From contig CALSNL010000003.1 of NCBI GenBank assembly GCA_943787705.1, positions 18,314-82,313 of the forward strand: a stretch of 64,000 nt of DNA. Direction: 5' to 3'. Every line of letters starts with the position of its first letter. Position 1 is the stretch's first letter. Positions 10,787 through 21,852 of this stretch are shown here, one piece after another. The position numbers and the translations under genes are program-made. Origin of the DNA: an uncultured Pseudomonadales bacterium. Lineage in GTDB: Bacteria; Pseudomonadota; Gammaproteobacteria; Pseudomonadales; UBA7434. The notes beneath the pieces are model-generated. The model searched no databases. It was not told where the DNA came from and saw nothing but the letters and a program-made list of their open reading frames with translations.

Positions 10787-11293
10787 CTAGAATTCAGCGC
10801 TAATGCCTTGTACTTTCAGGAATAAATCAGCAATTAACTGCTGCCAACGCTCACAGCTATCTACAGATAACGACAAGTCGACAACCGCAATCGCGTCTTT
10901 AGGGGCCGCCTGACGAACGGCATTATGTGACCAAATTGTCTGTCGCGCACTCAATAGAGTGGCCAGTGAATGAGGATCTTCAAGCGCCTGAATAAGACTA
11001 TCGACTTCAGCAATAGGGTTTTCTTGGTAGGCTAACCTTAAACGGTTAAGCAATTGATTGGGCTGTTGGATTAACTCGCTTCTTAGCGTGCCTTTGTCGA
11101 GCAGCTCAATCGCTAAAAAGAAAACCGCCCTGAATAAGCAATCGGCAGAGGCCTCTAAAAAACACTGCTGCTGTTGACGCGAAAACTGTGGCTGGCTAGA
11201 CGCACCCGCCACTAAATCACGAGCGCTGTCACAATGTAAACGCGCAAAATACAGCGACTGATTAATTTTACCCAGCACCGCTCTATCTATCAT
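10787..11293 (-). CDS. Hypothetical protein (DUF6586-like) downstream of topA
   Basis: N-terminal 'NQSLYFARL' and C-terminal 'SAEF', with conserved position next to topA. Confidence 0.6.
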   Translation of the reverse strand: MIDRAVLGKINQSLYFARLHCDSARDLVAGASSQPQFSRQQQQCFLEASADCLFRAVFFLAIELLDKGTLRSELIQQPNQLLNRLRLAYQENPIAEVDSLIQALEDPHSLATLLSARQTIWSHNAVRQAAPKDAIAVVDLSLSVDSCERWQQLIADLFLKVQGISAEF

Positions 11294-11353
11294 TACACTG
11301 CTCTATCTATCATTACACTGCTTTATCCATCATTACACCGCTCTAGCCGTCAT
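11274..11353. repeat. 20-bp tandem repeat x4 duplicating the gene start
   Basis: Unit CATTACACTGCTCTATCTAT and variants. Confidence 0.9.
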
Positions 11354-11511
11354 GACTTGCCCTAGTTATTAAGACAGGATCGCCGTGGCAACATTATGAA
11401 TCGCTAGCGTCGCTTTTCTTTTTAACCGCTTTACGTTTAACAGCTGTCTTAGCGGCGGCTTTTTTAGGCGACTTTTTAGCTGCTTTTTGGCGGGCTTTCT
11501 TGGCTGCCTTT

Positions 11512-14184
11512 TTAGCGGGCTTTCTTGGCCGCTTTTTTAGGCGCTGATTTTTCAGTAATCTGCCAAGCACCATTTTCAAAGTCAGCACGCCAACCCGTGG
11601 CTTTGCCATCAACGTCGGTCATTAAATATTGCTGTTTGGTTTTTCGCTGGTAACGAATCTGCACACGAATACCATCGGTATCGGTAACCGGCCCTTCCAT
11701 TAAAAAGTGATACTTAGGATCAATGGCGGCTTTGTGCGGCAATATCTCATCGACATAAGGCGCTCGCGTTTCACGATTTTTCGGAAACTGACTGGCAGCA
11801 AGAAAAATACCGGCAGCACCATCTCGTAAAATATAAGTGTCATCTACCTTATTACAGACTAACTCAGGCATCGGCACAGGATCCATTTTGGGTGGCGCAG
11901 CTTCACCGCTTCGCAACAACTTGCGCGTGTTTTTACAGCTATCATTCATACAACCAAAATACTTGCCAAAACGGCCCGACTTTAATTGCATTTCAGAACC
12001 GCATTTATCGCACTCAAGTACAGGGCCTTCGTAACCTTTAATTTTAAATTGGCCCGCCTCAATTTCGTAGCCATCACAATCAGGGTTGTTACCGCATATA
12101 TGTATTTTACGGCCTTCATCAATAAGATAGCTATCCATTGCGGTATTGCATTTAGGACAGCGACGTTTATTAATCAGTAAACGTGATTCTGCTTCATCAT
12201 CCGCATCGGCGCTCACAACTTCGTCGCCAGAGATCAAATTAACCGTTTGCTTACAACGTTCTTTTGGTGGCAAGCCATAACCTGAACAGCCTAAGAATAC
12301 GCCAGTACTCGCCGTTCTTACCTGCATAGGACGCGCTTCACAATCAGGGTGTTCACACCGAACATCATCAACTGTCGTAGGATCATTATGACGCATACCG
12401 CCATCACCCACTTCACCTTGAGCCGTGGCTAGCTTGTCACTAAAGCCTTTATAGAATTCGTCCAATACGACATGCCAAGATTTTTTACCATCAGCAATTT
12501 CATCAAGCTTCTCTTCCATTTCGGCTGTAAAGCCGTAATCCATTAAATCACCAAAGCTTTCATTGAGTCGCTCAGTAACAATATCGCCCATTTTCTCAGC
12601 ATAAAAACGACGGTTCTCAACGCGTACATAACCGCGATCTTGAATCGTAGAAATAATCGATGCATAAGTCGATGGACGACCAATACCGCGCTTCTCTAAC
12701 TCTTTCACTAATGCGGCTTCTGAATAACGCGCCGTCGGCTTAGTAAAATGCTGACTAGGATCTAAAGCTTTAAGCGTTAAGCTATCGCCTTGTTTAAAAT
12801 CGGGTAGCAAACGATCTTCTTCTTTTTTGGCTAACGGTGTTTGCACACGAGTAAAACCATCAAAGCGAATCACACGGCCGCGAGTACGCAACTCAAAATC
12901 ACCGGCTTCAACCACAATACTTGAACTAGTAAATTCCGCCTTTGTCATTTGACAGGCAACAAACTGACGCCAAATTAATTCGTATAAGCGCACACCATCA
13001 GGATCAATTTTATCCAGATCACTCGGCATAACCGTAACGTTAGAAGGGCGAATAGCTTCGTGCGCCTCTTGCGCCCCCTCTTTACTGCTGTAGCTTATCG
13101 GCTTTTCTGGCAAATACGCTTTACCGTATTTAGCCTCAATATGAGCACGACAGTCCGCTATTGCATCGGCACTTAAGTTAGTCGAGTCAGTACGCATATA
13201 AGTGATGTAGCCGCCTTCATACAAACGCTGGGCCAACATCATGGTTTTCTTAACGCTAAAGCTTAGGCGTGTACTGGCGGCCTGCTGGAGCGTTGAAGTA
13301 ATATAAGGCGCTGTAGGCTTAGTCGTGGTGGGTTTATCTTCACGTTTAGCAACAACAAAGTTAGCGTCTTTTAGCTTGGCCAAAGCCGTATCGCTAAGCG
13401 CTTGACTAGTGGGACGGTATTTTTCGCCATTGGCACGCGTCACTTGCATGCGCACATCGCCAGCATTGCCATTTAAATCGGCAAATAAATCCCAGTACTC
13501 TTCAGGAATAAAGGCACGTATTTCGCGCTCGCGCTCGGCAACTAACTTAGCTGCTACCGACTGTACTCGACCCGCCGATAAACCTCTGGCCACTTTAGCC
13601 CAAAGCAGCGGTGAAACCATAAAGCCCACAACACGGTCAAGAAAGCGACGTGCTTGCTGCGCATTAACTCGATGCATATCCAGCTCACCGGGTTTTTCAA
13701 AAGCAGCGTTTATGGCTTTTTTAGTAATCTCATTAAACACCACACGTTGATAGCGAGATTCATCACCACCAATAATTTCGCGTAAATGCCAGGCTATCGC
13801 CTCTCCTTCTCTATCCAAATCCGTCGCCAGCACTATGGTGTCAGCATCTTTGGCTAATCGACGTAACTCATCGACAACCTTTTCTTTACCCGGCAAAATC
13901 TGATAATTCGCTTCCCAGTTCTTGGCAGGGTTAATCCCCATTCTCGCCACTAACTGCTCGCGCGCTTTCTTCGCCTTATGAATAATCTTTTTAGCCGGCG
14001 ATAACTTTCTGGTTTTCGCCGCCTCTGCTGCTCGCGCTTTCGGATCGACAGGCTTACCGCTACCGCTCACCGGTAAATCACGGACATGACCTACACTAGA
14101 CTTAACAACATAGTCTTTGCCGAGGTACTTATTTATGGTCTTAGCTTTCGCTGGTGACTCTACAATAACGAGTGACTTACCCAT
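11512..14184 (-). CDS. topA: DNA topoisomerase I. The Lys/Ala-rich tail probably extends to 11394 across a 1-nt indel.
   Basis: '[22 protein letters not shown]', '[15 protein letters not shown]', active-site '[10 protein letters not shown]' and C-terminal zinc ribbons. Confidence 0.97.
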   Translation of the reverse strand: MGKSLVIVESPAKAKTINKYLGKDYVVKSSVGHVRDLPVSGSGKPVDPKARAAEAAKTRKLSPAKKIIHKAKKAREQLVARMGINPAKNWEANYQILPGKEKVVDELRRLAKDADTIVLATDLDREGEAIAWHLREIIGGDESRYQRVVFNEITKKAINAAFEKPGELDMHRVNAQQARRFLDRVVGFMVSPLLWAKVARGLSAGRVQSVAAKLVAEREREIRAFIPEEYWDLFADLNGNAGDVRMQVTRANGEKYRPTSQALSDTALAKLKDANFVVAKREDKPTTTKPTAPYITSTLQQAASTRLSFSVKKTMMLAQRLYEGGYITYMRTDSTNLSADAIADCRAHIEAKYGKAYLPEKPISYSSKEGAQEAHEAIRPSNVTVMPSDLDKIDPDGVRLYELIWRQFVACQMTKAEFTSSSIVVEAGDFELRTRGRVIRFDGFTRVQTPLAKKEEDRLLPDFKQGDSLTLKALDPSQHFTKPTARYSEAALVKELEKRGIGRPSTYASIISTIQDRGYVRVENRRFYAEKMGDIVTERLNESFGDLMDYGFTAEMEEKLDEIADGKKSWHVVLDEFYKGFSDKLATAQGEVGDGGMRHNDPTTVDDVRCEHPDCEARPMQVRTASTGVFLGCSGYGLPPKERCKQTVNLISGDEVVSADADDEAESRLLINKRRCPKCNTAMDSYLIDEGRKIHICGNNPDCDGYEIEAGQFKIKGYEGPVLECDKCGSEMQLKSGRFGKYFGCMNDSCKNTRKLLRSGEAAPPKMDPVPMPELVCNKVDDTYILRDGAAGIFLAASQFPKNRETRAPYVDEILPHKAAIDPKYHFLMEGPVTDTDGIRVQIRYQRKTKQQYLMTDVDGKATGWRADFENGAWQITEKSAPKKAAKKAR

Positions 14185-14696
14185 TCGTATATAAACTTCC
14201 TAATAGATTGACTATGTACCATTAATAAGCGCAATGCTCGCACCTAATACCTAACAAGAAAGGCCTTTGACCTCTCTCAACGTTGTTTTCGTCGGACGTA
14301 TCCTCAATGTTCATAGGCCTTCACAGCGCTTTTGCGACAACTCTGATCACGGACATTACGACGAAGGGCGACATATATAGAGAAGGAAGAGCGGCGGGTC
14401 AAGCTATTCGTTCAAAAATTTTACCTATGGCTGCGCCTTTACCCCTATAGTGAAATCGTCCTAATCAGGTCAAGTTGTCGGTAAAAGCATCGAACAGGTC
14501 GATAGAAAGTCACCTTTTAGCACTTTTGCGTAGACAAAAAAATAATTAGAAAATAATCAGTGACCGGTAGGCAATTTACAGATTACGGCAAGAATCGATG
14601 CTAGTATGGGTTTTGATTACAGCTGAATATTCATTCAAATAACGGCTGAAAATTGAGTTACTTTCCAACGAATAAGGTTTAAACGACAACACGCTC

Positions 14697-16853
14697 ATGT
14701 CCCTTTATAGTTTTATGCTAAGCAGTCATTCATTGAAAACACTAACGATTGGCACTTCCCCTTTATCGGTTAGTCAGCGCTTTCAACAAGCGAAAGGCTT
14801 TAGCCACCTCGCCTATCAGCGACTGCTCAACTTAGCCATCATATTAGTGACTACTCTGCTAGCCATAAGCAGTAGTTATGCAGAAACTTCGTTTAGCACT
14901 TATGAAGTCAGCGAGCAGACACAAAAACAGCGAGAGCTATACAGCCAAGCCAAATCGCTACTCGAAAAACCGCACTCAATAAACGCCTATAAAAAGCTAC
15001 GCTTATCTTTAGACCACTACCCACTAGCCGGTCATTTAGACTACCTGTATCACCGACAGCACTTGAATAAATTAACGCATAAAAGCTTACAAAGCTTTAG
15101 CGACACGCATAACAATTCATTACTTAGCAATAAACTTAAACGCGCCTGGCTGCAGCATCTGGCCAAACGGAAACAGTGGTCACGTTTTACTCTCCACTAT
15201 GACAAAGCGCTCGCCAATAGCAACATGCAATGTCAGCATGCTTGGGCGCTTTACCAAACGGGAGAACAAGCTCAAGCTTTAGACGAAGCCAAAGCCCTAT
15301 GGATGCATTCAGAATCACGACCTAAAAGTTGTGATGCTATTTTTCATTTACTAATAAAGACAGAAAGCATTGATAGTGATTTAGCTTGGCAGCGATTTAT
15401 TTTAGCTTTTAATGCTCGCCAGCATCAGCTGTCTAAATACTTAACCCGCCTGCTTGATGGCCAGCAATTAGCTGATGCCAATCGACTGCTTAAACTTTAC
15501 CGTCAACCGAAAAAAATCCCTAGCCAATGGCAAGCCGTTAGTCTTATTCCCGGACAAGCCGTTGATTTATTCGAAAGCAAGTATCAATTATTAAAAAAAC
15601 TCGCTCGCGCACATCCAGAAAAAGCGCGTGATTTTGTATTAGAGATTAAACAGCAGCAACAAGACCAACCCCTAGCCGATAAATTAGCGGCTTATTTAAT
15701 TCAGTCACAAGCTATTAAAGGCTATGCCACACTGCCTCAAGATTATGTTGCACTTGGCTCGCCAAAAGATAGCAGTTCACTGCAATGGTTGTTGCGCGCC
15801 CATATTGCGCAAGCTAACTGGCAAGATGTTATTGAAACCGTTAAGCAATTACCTGACGAGCTAAAAGAGCATGAGCGCTGGCGCTATTGGTATTACCGAG
15901 CAAAATCACTCTCAGGCCGTCTCACTTTATTAGAAGAGCAAGAGCACTATAAAGCAGTGGCAAACAAAGCCAGCTTTTACGGTTTTACTACGGCCGAGAA
16001 CCTTGGCCTACCCTATGGCTTCGAGCCTATAGAACATACGCCCAAGCCTGAGCATATCGAGCTGATGCGTAACAATCCCTATATGCAACGCGCTAGCGAG
16101 CATTTTGCACAACAAGAATACAGCCTTGCACGCAGTGAATGGCGCAGAGGCAGCCAGAGCTTTAATAGCGCTATGCAAATTGACTCTGCCTACTTTGCTC
16201 AATCACTGGGCTGGCACCATCAAGCCATTAATACGGCTGCACAGGCCAAGGCATGGCAGCATTATCAATTACGTTTTCCCAATCTTTATACCGAGCAGTT
16301 TGAACAGCAGGCTTCTGCAACTAAGCACTCTAATCACTGGCCAGCCAACTGGCCTTACGCCATAGCACGACAAGAAAGCGCCTTTGCCAGTGATGCGCAA
16401 TCGGGTGCAGGCGCCATGGGTTTAATGCAAATACTGCCGTCGACAGCAAGAGAAGTTGCGCGTAAGAGAAACGTTAAATATCAACGCAGTAAACTTTTTA
16501 ATGCCGATTACAATATTGTTTTAGGCAGCGGCTATTTAAAGCAATTAAATAAGCGCTACCAGCATCGCGCACTCACATCTGCCGCTTACAACGCCGGCCC
16601 TCGCCGCGCAAATAAATGGCTTAAAAATATGGAGCAACCCCTACCCATAGATGCCTGGATAGAAACCATTCCATTTTCAGAAACACGCCAATATGTACAA
16701 AATATTTTTAGCTTTAGCTTAATTCACAGCTTACTTTATGATGACGCTACGCTGACTAACACTGACACTAAAACAGATAAAAAACGACCGCCATTTATTC
16801 ATCTTCATGAACAAATGATTTACCCTAACAATATTCAGCCAGACATTAACTAG
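14697..16853 (+). CDS. slt: Soluble lytic murein transglycosylase (Slt70-like)
   Basis: C-terminal SLT motifs 'AIARQESAF', 'GAMGLMQILP', 'AAYNAGP' and 'IPFSETRQYV', with an alpha-helical N-domain. Start uncertain. Confidence 0.9.
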   Translation: MSLYSFMLSSHSLKTLTIGTSPLSVSQRFQQAKGFSHLAYQRLLNLAIILVTTLLAISSSYAETSFSTYEVSEQTQKQRELYSQAKSLLEKPHSINAYKKLRLSLDHYPLAGHLDYLYHRQHLNKLTHKSLQSFSDTHNNSLLSNKLKRAWLQHLAKRKQWSRFTLHYDKALANSNMQCQHAWALYQTGEQAQALDEAKALWMHSESRPKSCDAIFHLLIKTESIDSDLAWQRFILAFNARQHQLSKYLTRLLDGQQLADANRLLKLYRQPKKIPSQWQAVSLIPGQAVDLFESKYQLLKKLARAHPEKARDFVLEIKQQQQDQPLADKLAAYLIQSQAIKGYATLPQDYVALGSPKDSSSLQWLLRAHIAQANWQDVIETVKQLPDELKEHERWRYWYYRAKSLSGRLTLLEEQEHYKAVANKASFYGFTTAENLGLPYGFEPIEHTPKPEHIELMRNNPYMQRASEHFAQQEYSLARSEWRRGSQSFNSAMQIDSAYFAQSLGWHHQAINTAAQAKAWQHYQLRFPNLYTEQFEQQASATKHSNHWPANWPYAIARQESAFASDAQSGAGAMGLMQILPSTAREVARKRNVKYQRSKLFNADYNIVLGSGYLKQLNKRYQHRALTSAAYNAGPRRANKWLKNMEQPLPIDAWIETIPFSETRQYVQNIFSFSLIHSLLYDDATLTNTDTKTDKKRPPFIHLHEQMIYPNNIQPDIN

Positions 16854-16865
16854 AGCAAATAACCA

Positions 16866-17660
16866 TTGATTGATATAGGCGCAAACCTTAGTAACCCTAC
16901 TTTTGATAATGATTTAGCTGAGGTATTACAGCGTGCAAAAGACGCTAAACTTCAAGCTGTTATCGTAACGGGCACCAGCGTTGAAAGCAGCAAAGCCGCC
17001 TTAGCGCTAGCTGAACAACAGCCCAACTTTCTATACGCCACCGCCGGTGTGCATCCGCATGATGCCGACAGCTATAACAATGATATTGAGAAACAAATAA
17101 GCGCTATGCTAGGCAATTCCAATATTGTCGCCGTTGGCGAAACCGGTTTAGATTTTAATCGCAACTTTTCAACACCAGATAACCAACGACATGCCTTTGA
17201 AGCACAAATAGCCTTAGCGAATCACTATCAAAAGCCCTTGTTTTTGCATGAACGCGATGCCTTCGAAGACTTTCACTCTATTATATTGGCCAACAAAAAT
17301 GAGCAGACACAAGCCGTTGTGCACTGCTTTACAGGCAGTGAAACAGCACTCAAGGCTTATTTAGATTTAGGTTTATATATTGGTATAACGGGTTGGATTA
17401 GTGATAAAAAACGCGGCGCGAATTTACGTGAAATCATCAAATACGCACCACTAGATCGCTTAATGATTGAAACCGACGCCCCCTATTTAACTCCGCAGCA
17501 AGCCGGCTTAAAGAACCAACTCAGCAAAAAGAATCGTAATGAGCCATGGACATTGCCATACACGGCAGCCACCCTCGCAGAGTGCCTAGGCGTTAAAACA
17601 GAAGTATTAATTGAAAAGACAACAGAGAACACCAACAACTTTTTTAACTTAGTCAGTTAA
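16866..17660 (+). CDS. tatD: TatD family DNase
   Basis: 'IDIGANL', 'TAGVHPH', 'VGETGLDFNRNFS', 'FLHERDA', 'VHCFTG' and 'ETDAPYL'. Confidence 0.93.
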   Translation: MIDIGANLSNPTFDNDLAEVLQRAKDAKLQAVIVTGTSVESSKAALALAEQQPNFLYATAGVHPHDADSYNNDIEKQISAMLGNSNIVAVGETGLDFNRNFSTPDNQRHAFEAQIALANHYQKPLFLHERDAFEDFHSIILANKNEQTQAVVHCFTGSETALKAYLDLGLYIGITGWISDKKRGANLREIIKYAPLDRLMIETDAPYLTPQQAGLKNQLSKKNRNEPWTLPYTAATLAECLGVKTEVLIEKTTENTNNFFNLVS

Positions 17661-17909
17661 TAAATCTTTAATACGGCTGGGAGGAAAAGGCCAGTTAAGC
17701 GTAGTGGCTTCAGCACTAGCGTTATGAATACGGGCCAAAACAGGAATAGTAAAACGGTATAGCTCAGTGAGCTGCGGATCAGAATCAATATCCACTTTTT
17801 CAAGTTGCCAATCACTGCCTGCAATAACCTGCTCGATTAAAGCCTGCGCTTGATCACAAAGATGGCAATCTTGACGGGAATATAAGACAAGATGGCGGCT
17901 GTTAGTCAT
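17649..17909 (-). CDS. Glutaredoxin-like protein (DUF836)
   Basis: 'LYSRQDCHLCDQA', 'VDID', 'IPVL' and 'LNWPF'. Confidence 0.85.
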   Translation of the reverse strand: MTNSRHLVLYSRQDCHLCDQAQALIEQVIAGSDWQLEKVDIDSDPQLTELYRFTIPVLARIHNASAEATTLNWPFPPSRIKDLLTD

Positions 17910-17961
17910 TTATTATTTACCGCCATACTTTTTATACCTACCATAACAGCTGATACTGCCC

Positions 17962-19124
17962 TTAGTGGCGCGTTGTCCAGCTATGTAAGCTTTTAGATAT
18001 TACTTTATCAAGGCTCTTTTCCACAGCCATTTGAGCAGAAACGCCCAGCTTTTCTTGCCAAGATTTTTTCTGCACATACTTCACTTCAAACACAGAAGCC
18101 TCTTTAACGCGTTGAGAAATATATTCATCACTGGTGCTAATACCATCAACCAACAGTTTCTCAAGCGCCACTTTACCGTACCAAGTTTCGCCAGTAGCGA
18201 CTAATGGAATATCTAGCTTAGGTCTAAATTCACTCACAAAGCCTTTAAATAATTCATGCGTTTCTTCAAGGTCATCAATAAATTTCTGACGACCGGCTTC
18301 TGTATTTTCGCCAAGCATCGTTAATGTGCGCTTATATTCACCTGCCGTTAGAACATCATAATCGACATCTAACTTCTTCAATACTTTATTAAAGTTAGGC
18401 AAGCTGGCAACCACGCCTATAGAGCCAATAACAGCAAAAGGTGCAGCCAATATTTTATCGGCAATACAAGCCATCATATAACCGCCACTGGCGGCAACTT
18501 TATCGACACAAATAGTCAGTGGGATATTTGCCGAACGAATTCTTGCCAACTGCGATGATGCCAAACCATAAGAGTGGACCATACCGCCTGGGCTTTCGAG
18601 ACGAACAACTACTTCATCTTCAGGCTTAGCTAAGGTTAATACTGTCGTTATTTCTTCACGGAAATTTTCAACTTCTGAGGCTTTCATATCGCCATCGAAG
18701 TCTAATACATAGACGTTACCTTTAACGGGGCTAGCACCTTTAACAGAATCAGTACCTTTAACTGATCAGTACCGTTAACAGAGTCAGTAACAGCAGCATC
18801 GCTATCGGAGTCGGTTGATTTTTTAGCATTAACTTTAGCCAACTGTTTAGCTTCTTTCTTAGCCGCTTTATCTTTTTTCTTTTGGCTTTGCTTTTCGGCT
18901 TTTTCGCGCTGCTTAATAACATGCTCATCAAGCACTGCATGCTGCATTATTTCTTCCATTTGCTTGTAGCGATCATTGAGCTTTTTCACTTCCAAGCGCC
19001 CTTCACCTTCACCGCCACGCTGACCCGCGTTAACAATGACTGAAATCAATAGAACAATGGCAATCAAAAATGTAGCAATTTTGGCGAAAAACAATCCATA
19101 TTCAGCAAGTAATTCAATAAACAC
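17962..19124 (-). CDS. sohB: Protease SohB (S49), split into two ORFs by a 1-nt deletion near 18765
   Basis: The N-part 'EYGLFFAKIAT' (18702-19124) joins 'VYVLDFDGDMKASEV...LESPGGMVHSYGLASSQL...DKVAASGGYMMAC' when one base is restored in an 18-bp repeat (DSVKGT)n. Confidence 0.9.
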
Positions 19125-19484
19125 AGCAAAACCTTTTTAACGAGTGAGTAAAATGCGACCATCTTTTAATGTTGGACGCTTTAAAATAAGAGCTATAAAA
19201 CAGCTACCATCTGGATATTCCAGTAACGGCTAGGTTTTAGCCACTTTAAGCGAACACGATTAAACAAGGATTAAGGGAGGATGTCTAGCGGGTTGTTGTC
19301 TAAATAAAGCCGGCCAGACAAGGGTTTGGGTGATTCATAAACAAGTTTTAGCCGAATTTTGGGGCCGTTATACGATTATCTTACACCCTAGAGAATTATT
19401 GTTAGGGGTGAAAGAAATGGACTCTAGCGATTAAGCTCCTTTGCCAGCGCTTAATTTTAACATTCAAAAAAACGCTTCACTTTT

Positions 19485-21431
19485 TTATTGCAGCGCCAAC
19501 ACACTATCATCAATCAATTTATCCACCATATTATCGACGGCTCGCCCAGCAGCTAACTCCTCCAATAAATACTCAACACTGACTAAAGCATCCGCCAAGC
19601 GTTCCAACCAATCATCAACTACCCCTTCATTGGAATTACCTTGGTAAGCTGTATTCAATAAGACAGCACAGCGATTCATTAATATCTCTGCATTCTCAAT
19701 ACCTATTATGCTAAACGCACCACCAATACTCTCCAAACAAACAGCTACATTAGCAATATGCTCTCTATCATAATTCGAATCGATATAGGCAATGACCGCT
19801 CGCTTGGCCAAACCGATATTCGATTTTGACTCTTCATATAAATTCATTTGTGCTTGCTGCAATAATCCCTTAGCAACGGTTGATTGTGCTTCTTGGCTAT
19901 CAACGCTATCTAGCAGAGAACCGGTCAACAATGCATTTTCAATATAGAGAATCATATTGGCTACATGCAATAAGGCCTCTTGGTCCGGCGACTCAATGCG
20001 CCAGCTATTAATTTGCTCAATGGATTGATCAATTGGCGCGGTTGCTGCCACATAACCACTGACTTTTAGCACCGCCGATATACGCTCACAATTGGTGACT
20101 AAGGTATTGATATCATCCGACTCACACAAGCCGCTCTCGGACATCATATCGAGAATACGTTTAGCGCCTAGCAACTCATCCTTAACCACATCCAACATTG
20201 AGAGTAACGCTTTGTATGTGCTGCGCTCCATCGCCTCGCGATGCGCCACTAAGGCTTTGTCATTCCAAGGGAGAGGCGTAAACCGACCTAATTGATTGAG
20301 ATCTTCATCGTTAACATTTTGAGGCTCAGCCAATAATAACAATAACGTTAACTCAGCTAACACTGCTGTATCTGGCAAACTGTGCATACCGTGCAAAGGG
20401 TCTTTCTCTAAACGTTTTAAACTGCGATCAAATTTAGTGAAAAAATGTCTGCGTTGCGGCGTTAACTCAAGCGTTTTGCTATTAAAAGCCGCGACCAGCT
20501 TCTTGACCAGCCGCCAAACCGCTGCATTAACGCTACCATGACATAAATCAATGGCCCGCTCCGCAACCCTATCAATCAACACTAACTTGGCGCTCACATC
20601 ACTGTCGCGTAACAAACCAATCAAGCCCGTTTGATACATTTGACGTAAGCGCCTAAAGGTTTTTTGCTGCTCTTCAATGTTATCAACTACAGGCTCAGTG
20701 ATATCTTCTTCAAGACTACTCGCCTCACTCTCGTCTTCAGCATTCGCGAGAGGCACCAACGTCAACTCCATCACTTCAGGAGCCGTTGACACTAATAATG
20801 TATTATCAGACGGCTTATTGTTCGCCTCGACCCAATCATTAAGCTGATACTCAAATTCGATTAATGTGCTTTCGGTGACAAATGATGATAAACCCGCACT
20901 CGCCAAGGCGTAGAAGCAAGGCGCTAATAGCAGCGGCGAGGCAACGCCAGTGGTTTGTACATATTCAAAAAACCGCGGTAACAAATAAACGCATTGAAAT
21001 AAAGCATCAGACTCTCTTGCGGTAATTCCGCCGTTCTCATCAGACCGACCTTGATACACGCTCTCAACCGCTTGCCCTAGCTGCACCGATAAATCAGCCG
21101 CTACCGATAAACCCAGCAACGAAAAGACACCCGCCACCTCATCTAATTGTGACGATAATTTTTTGATTAAGGCATCCGCGGGTGTAGCATCATTAAGGCT
21201 TTGCTCCACCAGTAAATTTAACTGCTCAGAAACCCGCGACAAGGCTTCGACCAGCTCAGGCTCAACGACATCAAAAGCACTTTGCGAAGAACGAAACGGC
21301 AAAGGAGAAGCGGCTTTTTTAATAGCTGTATTAGTCTGATTCACGTGTGGTCTCTCTTTTTTGTGGCTGCTTACGATTGGTTTACGATTGATAGCACCGC
21401 TGATTTGTAAAAACAGTTGTGAAATAGTCAC
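19485..21431 (-). CDS. fimL: FimL-like protein (ChpA N-terminal Hpt-like scaffold)
   Basis: 'FRRLRQMYQTGLIGLL', 'AKRAVIAYIDSNYD..HIANV' and 'LADALVSVEYLLE'. The start is probably the GTG near 21344. Confidence 0.7.
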   Translation of the reverse strand: MTISQLFLQISGAINRKPIVSSHKKERPHVNQTNTAIKKAASPLPFRSSQSAFDVVEPELVEALSRVSEQLNLLVEQSLNDATPADALIKKLSSQLDEVAGVFSLLGLSVAADLSVQLGQAVESVYQGRSDENGGITARESDALFQCVYLLPRFFEYVQTTGVASPLLLAPCFYALASAGLSSFVTESTLIEFEYQLNDWVEANNKPSDNTLLVSTAPEVMELTLVPLANAEDESEASSLEEDITEPVVDNIEEQQKTFRRLRQMYQTGLIGLLRDSDVSAKLVLIDRVAERAIDLCHGSVNAAVWRLVKKLVAAFNSKTLELTPQRRHFFTKFDRSLKRLEKDPLHGMHSLPDTAVLAELTLLLLLAEPQNVNDEDLNQLGRFTPLPWNDKALVAHREAMERSTYKALLSMLDVVKDELLGAKRILDMMSESGLCESDDINTLVTNCERISAVLKVSGYVAATAPIDQSIEQINSWRIESPDQEALLHVANMILYIENALLTGSLLDSVDSQEAQSTVAKGLLQQAQMNLYEESKSNIGLAKRAVIAYIDSNYDREHIANVAVCLESIGGAFSIIGIENAEILMNRCAVLLNTAYQGNSNEGVVDDWLERLADALVSVEYLLEELAAGRAVDNMVDKLIDDSVLALQ

Positions 21432-21852
21432 TCACTTTGAGTATAGGTAATAAGACATCGCACGCCTGCCAGACCCTTCTAATCAATAGATTCAGCCGCC
21501 TAGATGTGACCGAAGTCGCCTTTTACAACTCGGTTATAGCCCTGTTCCAGCTGCGTTATGGCGCCGCCATAGCACTGTCTTCGCACTTTTAGCGACAAGC
21601 ACCCAGAATAAACCCAGCTCAGCCAAAAACATTAGATTACCTAGCTACGAATTAAGCGGCGCGCACTTGCCTCAAAACGTCTAATGAAATGAATTGTTCT
21701 TTATACCGATTATGCTTATTAAAGCCCCAAAAGCAGCCATAGACGGTCTATAATTTGCAGGCTAGCCTCAGGCAATAGTAGAGCTCGCTAGTAACCACAA
21801 AAAAACACCGACTAACAATGCATTCAGCCATATATTTCACAGGATTTATTTC

